From Piromyces finnis finn (Eukaryota > Fungi > Neocallimastigomycota), in assembly GCA_002104945.1 (NCBI GenBank), contig MCFH01000011.1:124001-188000 (forward strand): 64,000 nt of DNA. The letters are read 5' to 3'. The notes under the pieces were generated by a model. It was not told the DNA's origin. It saw nothing but the letters and a program-made list of their open reading frames with translations, and ran no database searches. Of the stretch, positions 1 through 11,405 are shown piece by piece. Every line of letters begins with the position of its first letter. Position 1 is the first letter of the stretch. The translations under genes were made by a program, and so were the position numbers.

Positions 1-1683
1 CAGGACAACCCATTCCAACTACTGACTGCTACACTTATCTTGGTGTTCCATTTGATAAGAATCTGTCCCTTAAACCAGTAATTAAAGCTCTTAATAACAA
101 GGTTTTGAAAGGACTTTTCTCAGTCAGTAAATTCTTAAGAAATCCTAATATTCCTATTCCTTTCAAAAAACTAGTACTTAACTCACAAGTGATTAGCAGA
201 GTTTCATACTTTGCACCATTACTTGGATCCAACAAAGCTAGGTCTAGGATTGCTCAGAAGCATGTTAACAAAGGATTACGATGGGTTGCCGGAGTTCATA
301 AAGCTGTATCGTTTATATCTTTATACTCTATTTCAAAAGATTTGAATATTCCTCCATTGTCAGCCAAATGTGCGTTAGCTCAGGTTAGATGTTTTAACAA
401 ATGGAAAAACTCAAATTGTATTATCTCACACCTTGTCAATTACATTCCTAAATTTAGAAAATACACGTGGTGCAAATCAAGTAGGACACTTGATAAAAAA
501 TTAAAGAAACATGGAGATGTTAAAGCAGTTAAAAACTTTTATTGGAAAGATCTCAAAGGGAATTCAATCAAAGCGCAATATTATGATGATAATAAATTTA
601 TTGAAACTAAAGATTTTATTAAATTATGTTATGAGTACCCAGAGTTTGCCTATGGCTTCTACTGGCTATTGAAAGCAAGAAGCGGATACAAGTTGGATGC
701 TAGAGTTGCCAAAGCTGCCAAATTTGTTGATCCAGTTTGTCCTAACTACTGTCCATGTTGCAAGTGTGGAGATCAAAGTATTAAACATTGGTTATTAGAT
801 TGTCCAACATTTAGAGATATCCGTATTAAACATTATGATTCCATAGTCCAGCTATTAAATTTTTTCAGTCAACGTAATTCCAATAGTCCTATCAATAATA
901 ATGAAATTGATAATATCAGTAGAGATAGTAATAACATTAATAGTAATAGTAACAATAGTAGTAATAACAATAGTAATAGTAACAATAGTAATAGTAACAA
1001 TAGTAATAATAACAATAATAGAAATAATAATATTAGTAATGATAGCAATAGTGAAGATAATAATTCTAATTTAGATAGTAATTTAGTTAATGATAGTAAT
1101 AGTTCTAATAATCCGGTGAATATTAATGTGTATGATTATTCTAGTGTGTGCAGTAAAATATTTAAATTCCTTCTTGGGGGAAGAAGTTTTAACAATATTA
1201 ATTACAATTCAAGGGAATGGAAAGAACTTTGTAAGCGTCAGATTCAATCTGGTACTAATGAAGGAGCACCATTCTTGACGGTAACCGCGGAACTTCTAAC
1301 CAAAATCATGCCTTTTGCTATTGGCCAGCAATGGTCAATGTTCAAAAGGTTTGAAGCAACATCCAAGAGCGTCAATGCTGAAGAAACAGTAAGACAGGCC
1401 AGGAGGGCCAGCGCAACCAATGGAGATCATAATTTTGTTCCATGACAAAATTTTGATCTTTGGCTCGGTGTCCCATTGGAAGTCAAATACAATTATTATA
1501 CTTTAGTATGATAGTGGCTTTCTTACTTTAATTAAAATTACTAGAATACATTATACCCAAATTTTATTCATTTGTGTTTAATTAAACATATTTTTTTTTA
1601 TTTTTATTTTTATTTTTAATTTTTTTATTACATGTATTATAATTTTAATTAAATTAATAATAAAGTTTAAAATATTTGATGCC

Positions 1684-1737
<54 letters not shown>
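1..1737 (+). mobile_element. 3' part of non-LTR retrotransposon (LINE; copy L0), same family as the 28.9-52.7 kb array; runs off the left edge
   Basis: ORF ending at 1445 encodes the post-RT region and CCHC motif (CPCCKC...HWLLDC) and is near-identical to the C-terminus of the 1508-aa ORF at 36075-40601. It is followed by the same ~240-bp 3'UTR ending GATGCCGTT and a 51-nt poly(A) at 1687-1737. Confidence 0.95.
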
Positions 1738-1739
<2 letters not shown>

Positions 1740-2054
1740 ATTTCAAATGGTATAAATAGGATTTAAGAATTTAATTCTCTTGATGTTTTATTATTATTAT
1801 TTTTTTTTAATCTTTAATTTTTATAAAAATTATCCTATGGTAATATAGTAATTCAATTCGTTGTTGTTGATAGTAAAATTATTTGTTGATAGTAAATCTT
1901 TTTTTTTTATGTTATGAATGTATAAATGTATTTTTTTTTGTTTGGTTTTGTTTTGCTTACCTATTCTATTTAAATTTATGTTTTTACGCTTTGTATAATT
2001 TATAATTTATGGAAATAAATAAATAAATATATATATATATAAATAAATAAATAA

Positions 2055-3224
2055 TTATGATTTAATATCAATATCAATATCAATATCAATATCAATATCA
2101 ATAATATCTTGTTCCGCATTATTATTGCTGTTATTGCTATTGTTATTATTGTTGGTGCTGCTATTGATATTCTCTTGTTCATCTTTAGTATTAATGTCTT
2201 TCTTTACTTGATGTGGGGTTGCCTTTTCCATATCCTTTTTAATTGGTTTAGGTTGAAAAACATTTTTCCATATCAGAGAACTTCCTACCCAAATACTAAT
2301 ACCAAGAAAGACATCAAGGGTATAAATAGCAACAAAATGCTCTGGAATTAGCATCGAAAGAACGCCCATCGCGGCAGCAGGTGGAATGAATATTTTTATA
2401 CTTTTCATAAGAAGAATGACGCCTATGCCAATTACTATGGAAGAAATAGTCAATGGTAGATTACTTTTTATGGATAGAACATATCTTGTCACAGCGCCAA
2501 TTGCTGCGCATCCTGTAAAAAGAATAATAGTCATGATCGGTTTTTTAAGGGCTGGAACATTCTTTTTTGTGGTCATTTCTGTGAAGGCCACTAAAAGTGG
2601 AGGGGCCATACAAAATTTTATTTTTTCGTAGGTATTTAATCCACCACAAGCAACTAGGGTGACGATGACAGAACGAAAGATAAAACTTTTTAAGAATTCC
2701 TTTCCCGGTATCTGAACCTTTACCGTTTCCTTTTTTTCTTTTAATACGAATTTTTGATAGAAAAAGGTTAGGATCATAACTAAAAGAGTTAATAAAATGG
2801 CTGATAGGATGTAGATAGGACTTTCAGTTTGAATTAAAATGGGAAGGGCCATTGCTGATATCATTGGAGCAAAACCAGTTTTTGAAAAAAAGAAAATCAC
2901 TTGAGCGATCATAAATCCAATAGAAAATCGTATCCATTGCGGGATAGGAAGAAACTTTACCACGCCTACTCCAAGTATGGCACATATCGTAACAGAGATA
3001 ACAATTTTTATAAAACTAGACTTCCATACCACATGTGGTGCAATAAAACTACCTACACAAATAGCAGCAACTTCCGGGAATATAATTTCCTTTTCTTTTA
3101 ATATTTCTGATGCAAATATCATTAGGGTAATGACTAATATCATGAGTATTGAACCAGTACCCGTCTTTATTATTTTTTGTTTTTCTAGAGATTTCATTTT
3201 TAACCTATTTTTTTTTTTTAACAT
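2055..3224 (-). CDS. Intronless multi-pass membrane protein, HPP-family-like (bacterial type)
   Basis: 389-aa ORF with about 8-10 hydrophobic segments and motifs IFPEVAAI, FAPMISA, APPLLVAF and FIPPAAA that I recall from Firmicute HPP-family proteins. The C-terminus is low-complexity, with (CAATAT)n encoding DIDIDI. Confidence 0.6.
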   Translation of the reverse strand: MLKKKNRLKMKSLEKQKIIKTGTGSILMILVITLMIFASEILKEKEIIFPEVAAICVGSFIAPHVVWKSSFIKIVISVTICAILGVGVVKFLPIPQWIRFSIGFMIAQVIFFFSKTGFAPMISAMALPILIQTESPIYILSAILLTLLVMILTFFYQKFVLKEKKETVKVQIPGKEFLKSFIFRSVIVTLVACGGLNTYEKIKFCMAPPLLVAFTEMTTKKNVPALKKPIMTIILFTGCAAIGAVTRYVLSIKSNLPLTISSIVIGIGVILLMKSIKIFIPPAAAMGVLSMLIPEHFVAIYTLDVFLGISIWVGSSLIWKNVFQPKPIKKDMEKATPHQVKKDINTKDEQENINSSTNNNNNSNNSNNNAEQDIIDIDIDIDIDIDIKS

Positions 3225-3865
3225 ATATATAATAAAATTATTATATAATTATATTATTAATAAATGATATTAGTTAATTTCACATTTGAAATGTATTGAC
3301 TTTTCTTATAATAGGCATTATAAAAATTTATAAAGAAAAGTAAGTATAATAAAAAAAAAAAAAATAAAATAAAGGATGAAACTTTATAACTTTTGTTAAT
3401 TTCAAAATGTAAATTTTCACTATCACTTTTTCTTTAATGAAATTTCTTTTTTTTTTTAATTAAAAAATTATATAATTTCTACAAAATATCTATTAAAATC
3501 ATTTCAATTTTTTATTTTATTAAATACCTTTCTCTTTTTGTATATAGTTACTATTAGTTACTATTTTATTTTGGTAATTTCTTTGTTTTGAATTATTTCA
3601 TATATTCTTAATGCTCCCTTTTTTTTTTTTTTTTTTTAAAAAAAAAGTGCTTTTTTTTAATGATCAAAAATAATCAATATAATTTAATATATTGTCAATT
3701 CATTTATTGACCAATAAAATTCTAGTATTTTATTTTTTTTAAATTTTTAGTAAAAATCTTATGGAGACTTTTAGCCAGATAACCAACATCCCTTACTAGA
3801 CTTCTAGGCAACATTTTTTCAAGAAAGGAAACAATAAAGAAATTGATAAAAGATTAATATGGAAT

Positions 3866-3869
3866 GTAT

Positions 3870-3914
<45 letters not shown>

Positions 3915-3935
3915 TCTATAATAATAATAATTAGA

Positions 3936-3977
<42 letters not shown>

Positions 3978-4021
3978 TCTATAATAATAATAATAAATAA
4001 AATAATAATAATAATAAATAA

Positions 4022-4094
<73 letters not shown>

Positions 4095-4106
4095 TCTATA
4101 ATAATA
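3866..4106. repeat. Interrupted (AAT)n microsatellite
   Basis: Directly visible AAT run with a few ATCT/AAA interruptions. Confidence 0.9.
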
Positions 4107-5885
4107 ATTTTAACTTTAGTGTATCTGAATTAAAAGAGAATTTATAATATATTATTAGTATGTTTTTTTTTTAATTACCAAGAAATAAGCTAAAATATCA
4201 AATAATGGTGGTGTGTACTTTAGTTATCTTTATAAAAATCTAATAACTTTAAAATAATATAATACTACCACTACGACATTATTTACAGCAGTCCAATAGT
4301 TCTATATCAACCCTTGTATTAATAATTCATGTCACCTTTGAGACTTTTGTTTAATCAAAACTACTTTTTTTATTTCTAAATTTAAAGAATAGATGGACAT
4401 GAAGTATCTGACTTTCACGCATTCTCCACATGATAATTCACATGCTTAAATAGATTTATATAATTAAAGCATAAACTAGTTTATGTGATACATTTAATGT
4501 TAAATTAAAATTTCTATTAATTATTTATTCCATTAATATTAATTTTCCACCAATAATATTGTTTTTATTATTTCTTTTAATTACATTTTATAATGATGTT
4601 AATGTACAAAAGTATAGAGGGTTTTTTTTTTTTAATATAAAATAAAAAAGGTAAGGAATGAATTTTACCATTGAGATTATAATTTCTTCTTTTTCCCATG
4701 TTATTGAAATACATTGAGTGCTACCATTGATTAAATAAAGGATAAAGATAAAATCCTTTTTTTTTTATGTTTTACAATTTTTTTTTTAATATTTGCCTAT
4801 GTCAAAATTTTTAATTAAATGTATCTTAATATATTATTAATTATAAAATATATTATTATATATATAAAATGTATTTCAATATAAAATGGAATTTTAATTA
4901 ATTAAAAGTTGACATGGCGTAAAAAAAAAAAGTGAACATAAAAATGAAGAAAGGGAATTCCATATTTAAAATGGGAATGATGGAATGAATATACAAAAAA
5001 AAACTTATAATGAAAGGGATGATGTTTATAAAAAATAAAGGTGGGTGGTGGGTGATAACATCTTTTTAATAAAAAAAAAAAAATCATTAGTTTTTAATTT
5101 GATTCTTGATTTTGTGGTGTACAAATTTATTGTTTCAAGAAAAGTCTCTTTTTTTTTTTTGTAATGCATTCTTTCACTCCAAATTATTTTGAAAAAAAAA
5201 GAAAAGAATGGATCAAACAATGCCTTTTTTTTTATAATAAATTAATTGTAGGTTTTATAGAATGAACAAAAAAAGTGTTTTTTTTTAAATTTTTATTACT
5301 ATTCCCACCTTTCTACCTTTCCATTTTATTATGATTAATAATAAGGTTTGCCTTGCATTTTAATATAAAAAATTTTTTTTATTATTCCAAATGGGATATT
5401 ATAATGAAAAGTTATACTTTGTATAAATGAATAATAATTAATAGGATTCAACATTTTATTCTAATCATCATCTTTTAAATAACGATCTTGTTCATTCCAT
5501 TCTACTGCTTTCATTCTACTGCTTTCATTTTATATTTTTTATTAAAAAAAAAAAAAAGTTTTTTTATGGTGGATTTGATGGTGTATCATCAAACTTTTAA
5601 TTAATTAAAAAAAATTTTTTTTTTGGTATAAAAAGAGGGAAAAAGTTTTTTTTTTTTTTTTTTTAATTTTGTCTTTATCCACTTGAAAAAAAAAAAAAAC
5701 GAATTTTTTGTACATGGAAAAGGTGAAAGTTGCTTTAAACAACCACAACCTAAAACTTTTTATTTTATAATATTTCTATTATTATTTTGTATTTCATTTA
5801 TTAATAATAAATTATTGTGTAAAAATAAATAAATAAAAAAAAAAAAATCCATACTACTATTACTACTCTTTTATAAAAAATAAAA

Positions 5886-6881
5886 ATGATGCAACATCAA
5901 ATCAAGGATACTTCTTACTTATCTTCATACCCAAATACCTCACCAGAAAAAAAAGGAGTCAAGGATTTTTCAATTGCTAGTTTAATTGGGGATGAAAGAC
6001 AAACGGTGAAAGAATCAAAAATTGCTTATGATACCAACTTGTCAGCCTTTCAAAAAATTGTAAATTATATTCTTTGTTTTAATTTGGAAAATTTAAAAAA
6101 AATAGATAGTAATATTGATAAGAGAATATTTTTTCAAAGCATGGTTTTAGACAAATCTTTAAATACTAATAACTTGTCAATACTAGATAAATTTTGTAAT
6201 GTAAATAATAATCCATTATTACCGTTTAGTGATGGTGTCACTACTTTAAAAGGAAAAAAAATAAAAAATAACCTCATGAAATATATCCAAAATAAAAATA
6301 ATAATATTCGTAGTCGTCATAAAGATGAAAATACCAATGTGCCTATTCAAAACACTATCAATAGTAGCAATAGCAACAACAACAACAACGATAATACCAT
6401 TAAGACTGTTTGTTATAATGATACTATTAGTAATGACAACAGCAACAATAGCAACAACAACAACAACAATGATAATACCATTAATACTGTTTGTTATAAT
6501 GATACTATTAGTAATGACAACAACAGCAATAGCAACAACAACAATAGCATCAGTACTATTAACAATAATAATAATGAAAATGAAATATTTAGTAGTAATG
6601 ATAATAAAGTCATACATACTAAACTTAAAAGAAATAGACCAACAAAATTTTCAACAGAAAATATAAAAATGCCATTTAAAATTGATTGTTATTGCTTTAT
6701 TTGTAATAAAGTTTTTAATAGAAAATATGACCTTCGTCGTCATGCTCGTTTACATACCAATTTAACACCCTATAAATGTAAAGCTTGCGGAAAAAAGTTT
6801 TGCCGTAGTGACTATTTAAAAAATCATATTCGCAGTCATCCTTTATGTTGTTTTTCCAAACATTACCGTATGAATTATTAA
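5886..6881 (+). CDS. C2H2 zinc-finger transcription factor (two C-terminal fingers)
   Basis: 331-aa ORF with CFICNKVFNRKYDLRRHARLH, a TNLTPY linker and CKACGKKFCRSDYLKNHIRSH. The Asn-rich middle contains a ~80-bp internal duplication (DNTIxTVCYNDTISND twice). Confidence 0.9.
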   Translation: MMQHQIKDTSYLSSYPNTSPEKKGVKDFSIASLIGDERQTVKESKIAYDTNLSAFQKIVNYILCFNLENLKKIDSNIDKRIFFQSMVLDKSLNTNNLSILDKFCNVNNNPLLPFSDGVTTLKGKKIKNNLMKYIQNKNNNIRSRHKDENTNVPIQNTINSSNSNNNNNDNTIKTVCYNDTISNDNSNNSNNNNNNDNTINTVCYNDTISNDNNSNSNNNNSISTINNNNNENEIFSSNDNKVIHTKLKRNRPTKFSTENIKMPFKIDCYCFICNKVFNRKYDLRRHARLHTNLTPYKCKACGKKFCRSDYLKNHIRSHPLCCFSKHYRMNY

Positions 6882-8435
6882 AAAAAAAAACATAGTCTTT
6901 TTTTAACTCTACTTTTCATATTAAATTATCAGCTCATTCAATAAATATGTATATTTTATTTTACTTTTTTTTTTTTTGTATATACCATTTCATTATATAG
7001 TTATTAGAAAAGCAACAACAACAACAACAATCTTTTCTTTTTCAATATCATCATCATCATTCTAAATCATACTTTCTTCTTCTTCTTCTTTATTATCATC
7101 ATTCTTTTAAAAAAATTGAATTTTTTCACAAAATTTCAAATTTGTAACTTGATACATTTTAATTTATTTTTAATGTAATTCAAATTAAAATTTTTTTTTT
7201 TTTTTTTTTTAAAAAAAACATCATTCAAATGGTGAGTTTCTTTCTTTTAAAAAAATAAAAAAAGCAAAGTTTACCTCTTTAGAAAAGGGAAAAAAAGGAA
7301 TTTTAAGAATTTTTTGATGCTTTTTTTTTATTTCATTTTATTTTAAAAAAAAAAAAAGTTTGTAAAATAATTTAAAAAAAAAATAAAAATTAATGAAAAA
7401 AAAAAAATTTTTTTTTAATTTATTAAATGAAATTAAAATTTTTTGGTAAAAAAAAAAAAAAAGGAAAATCATTTTTTATTATTTTTATAATTTATTATTT
7501 TTAAAAAAAGAATAAAAAAAAAAAGATGATTTTTCTTTTTTTTTATATATTCATTTTTTATAAATAATTATAAAAATATAAAGTGAAGCCTTTTTTTCTT
7601 TTTTTTTTTTTATTTCATTTTTTTAAAATTTAAAAATAAATTTTAAATTTTTTTATAGAAAAAAATGAATATTCTTTTTTTTAATTTAAATTTTTTTTAA
7701 TTTTTTTTGTGAAACCTTCAAATTTGAAATTAAATTTTGTTATAAATAAAAAAAAAAATAAAATTTAAAAGTGTGGTTGTGCTTATGCTTGAGTGTGTTT
7801 GAATGTAAAAAAAAAAAAAAAAAAAAAAAAAAGGAAGGGAGGAAAGAGGTGAAAGTGGAGATAGAAAAAAGAATTAAAACAAGGTTATGCCTTGATTACC
7901 TAGCTGTTGTTATTATTTAATTGTTATTATGCATTTTATATCGATACACTATTTTAATAATATAAAAACTATTATTGGATACATGACAGTATACTTTAAA
8001 TTTATTTATAAACCATACCATGAATAAACTTTAAATTTTATTAAAAATCATTGACCTTTCATTTCATTCCAAAAAAAGTATTTACTATTTAACCGATTTA
8101 ATTATAGAAATTTTGATAGATTAAATTATTAAAATATATTCAATGTCTTATATATATATATATAAATGCATATTTTTATCATGGTAAATATAAATATAGA
8201 AAGTATTCTTTTTTTTAAAAAAATGAATTTGATTTTAAATTGATAAAACTATTAAAAGCTGGATTTAAGTACGATTCTATTTTTTTTTTGTATATATAAT
8301 TCTTATCTTGTTTTCGATCAAAAAAAAAAAAAAACTTTTATAATATATACACGTAAAATTTCCTTTATTAAAAAATTGTATAAAGTCATCCTTTATTAGA
8401 AATATTATTTTTATAAATAAATAAAATTATAAAAG

Positions 8436-10255
8436 ATGAATGAAAAAGAAGATTGTATTAATGTTGGTAATATGAATGACAATATTCAAATTAAACCTTT
8501 TAAGCCAAGTTTAGTAACAAGTATCCTCGACTGTATTTCCTGTCCATGTAAAGAAAAAAAAAAAAAAAGATTTAAAATTTAAAAAAAAGTGTAAATAGAA
8601 AAATGTATTAATTTTGGTTATATTCTATTTTATATCTAAAAAAAAGGTTCCTTTCTATGTTGTTGTTGTGGTTTCTTCCTGTAGGTTTTATATATATAAT
8701 CAGAAATGTTTTTTTTAATATGTAATATTATGTGATAATATATTTATTGGATTTTTATTTATACTGTTATAACGAAATTATAGGGTTAATGAGGTAATGG
8801 AAATAATTATATATTTTTTTTTTATTTATATCTATCAATTCATGTAGAAATAAAAAATATAATAATTCATAAAGTATATCATAGCATTAAAAAAAGGAAT
8901 CTTTATATTAAATAATAAAAATTAAATAATTTCTTTTATTTTTTTAAACCTCCTCAATATAGAGAGAAGAAAAACTTATTTTCCGTTATGGTAAATATGC
9001 TAAAACTGTAAAAGAACCAGGTATTCATTTTGTATATCCAACAATGAGAAATATTTATGATTATGATCGAAAAATTATTACGGTTGATTTACCAAATACA
9101 AAAATTAATGATTCTAATGGTAGTCCATTAGAAGTTTCTGCTGTGTTAAATTATCGTATTGTAGATTCAATGAAAGCTCATCTCAATGTGGTAAAATAAA
9201 AAATAGAATATATTGTTTTTTTTTTCTTTTCATTTATCATAAAGTATAAAAATATAAAATTAAACAATTATTGTTGTTGTTGTTTTAAATTTTTATATTG
9301 TTAAAAATAGACAAATTATTCAAACTTTGTTATTAATCAAGCATTAACTGTCGTTAAAAGAATTGTTGGGTAGGGTGATATATAACTATTAGAGACAAAT
9401 AAAATAAATTTAAATATTTATTAATTTTTATAATTTATTTTATAATTATCCTATTCTATATGGCTATATGTCTATATATATATTTTATTTTTTTTTTACA
9501 TTAATAAACTTTTTTTTTTTTTTTTTTAGTCGTTATCCATATGGTAAGTTCATGTTACAATTTTAAACATTACGGTTTATTAAATTTTTAAATATATTAA
9601 ATAATTTTTTTTCTATATACATCCATAGAAAGTGGGCAAGAAAATGGTATATCATTAAAAAATGGAAGTAATGAAATTCAAAATGAAATGGTTTCTGATT
9701 TACAAAAAATGGTTGAAATCGCTGGTATTGAAATTATTTCAATTTTATTAAATGAATTAAGTTATTCTGTAGAAGTTGCTTCTATTATGTTAAAGAAACA
9801 ACAAGCAAAAGCTATGGTTGAGTAAGAATCTTTTTTTTTTTATAGGTTATATTAAATAGAATGTATTATAGGATGTATATTAAAAAAGAAAAAACATTGA
9901 ATTACTTTTATTTATTTATTCATTCATTCCTTTTTTTATTTATTCCTTTATTTATTCATACAAAATTTATATATGTATATCCTTTATTTTTACTGTATTA
10001 TAATATTAAATAGGGCTAAACAAATTATTATGGAAGGCTCCATAGGATTAGCCGTAGATACTGTTAATGAAATTGAAACCCGTGGTATTACTATGTCAGA
10101 TAATGATAAATCAAAATTAATTACAAATATATTGACTGTTTCTGTGGTAATTAATTTAATGACATTCTCTTTTAAATTCTTATTTATTTATTAATTTTTT
10201 TTTATTATATAATCTATAGGGTAATAATGAAGCTCAACCAACTATTAATCTTTAA
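8436..10255 (+). CDS. SPFH/band-7 (stomatin/prohibitin-like) membrane protein, about 9 exons
   Basis: Manual GT-AG splicing gives MNEKEDC...CPCSFLCCCCGFFLVNE-REEKLIFRYGKYAKTVKEPGIHF...DSNGSPLEVSAVLNYRIVD...ELSYSVEVASIMLKKQQAKAMVEAKQIIMEGSIGLA...GNNEAQPTINL*, in frame throughout. Confidence 0.85.
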
Positions 10256-10445
10256 AAAAAAAAAACAGGATAACAACTTTTTTTTTTTTTAAATAATTAT
10301 CTTTTTATAATTAGTGATAAAAATTATCATATCTCATCATCATCTATTTTGTATATAATGTATATATATTTTAAAAGGAAAGTTTACTCTTTTTAATTAT
10401 TATCATCATCCATTTATAAATAGTTTTGTTTTGTTTTTTTCCTAG

Positions 10446-10477
<32 letters not shown>

Positions 10478-11405
10478 TTTAATATTTTTATTTAAAAATT
10501 CAATTGAAGCATCCTTTAAAAAAAAAAAATCTATAAATAAATAATAAATAAATAAAAAAAAAAAAAAAGACTTTGACTTTTTTTAAAAAAAAATAATTAT
10601 TACTTTATATTTTATTTTTAATTATTATGTTTATTATTATTATGTTTAATATTATTATGTTTATGTTTATTATTATGTTTATTATTATTAATCTATATAC
10701 ATTTATACATTTATTAAAAAGAATATAAAAAATATAATTTCTTTTTCTTTTTTTTTTTAAACAAATGAGTTTGTATTGTTTTTTAAATTGCTTTTTTTTT
10801 TTTTTTTTTTTTTTATTTATAATAATGATATTATTATTATTATTTTATTATAAATGGATTTATATATAATGGTCTATGATCTTGTAATTTATTTTTTCTT
10901 TTTTCATTATTTAATATTATATATATTATATATATATCGATTCATTTTCTTTTTTTAAAGGAAAGGATTTTCAATACTTTCTAATAAATTGGTGGTATTT
11001 TGTGGAATGGTAGGGTTATGGCTTGTATTATAATTATTAGTTTGATTATAATTCATATTTACATTTTGATTTGACATCGACATCGACATTTCTTTTTCCA
11101 ATTGTTTGGCAAATGGATTATTTGAAGAAAATCTATTAAAGAAGAAAAAAATAAATTAAAATATAGAATTAAAATATTAGAAAAAAAATTCAATATATTA
11201 TTTTGTATGTTTTATACTATGCTATAGAAAAGGGAAAAGGATAAATAAAAATAAATAAATATTATATATATTATATATCTATATCTATATATCTATATTT
11301 TTATAAAAATATGATAAACAACCATTTTTTATAGGACATGGTTGTTGTTGTCGTTGTCATCGTCATTATCAATAATGGTAAAAAAAAAAAAAAAAAAATA
11401 AAAAC

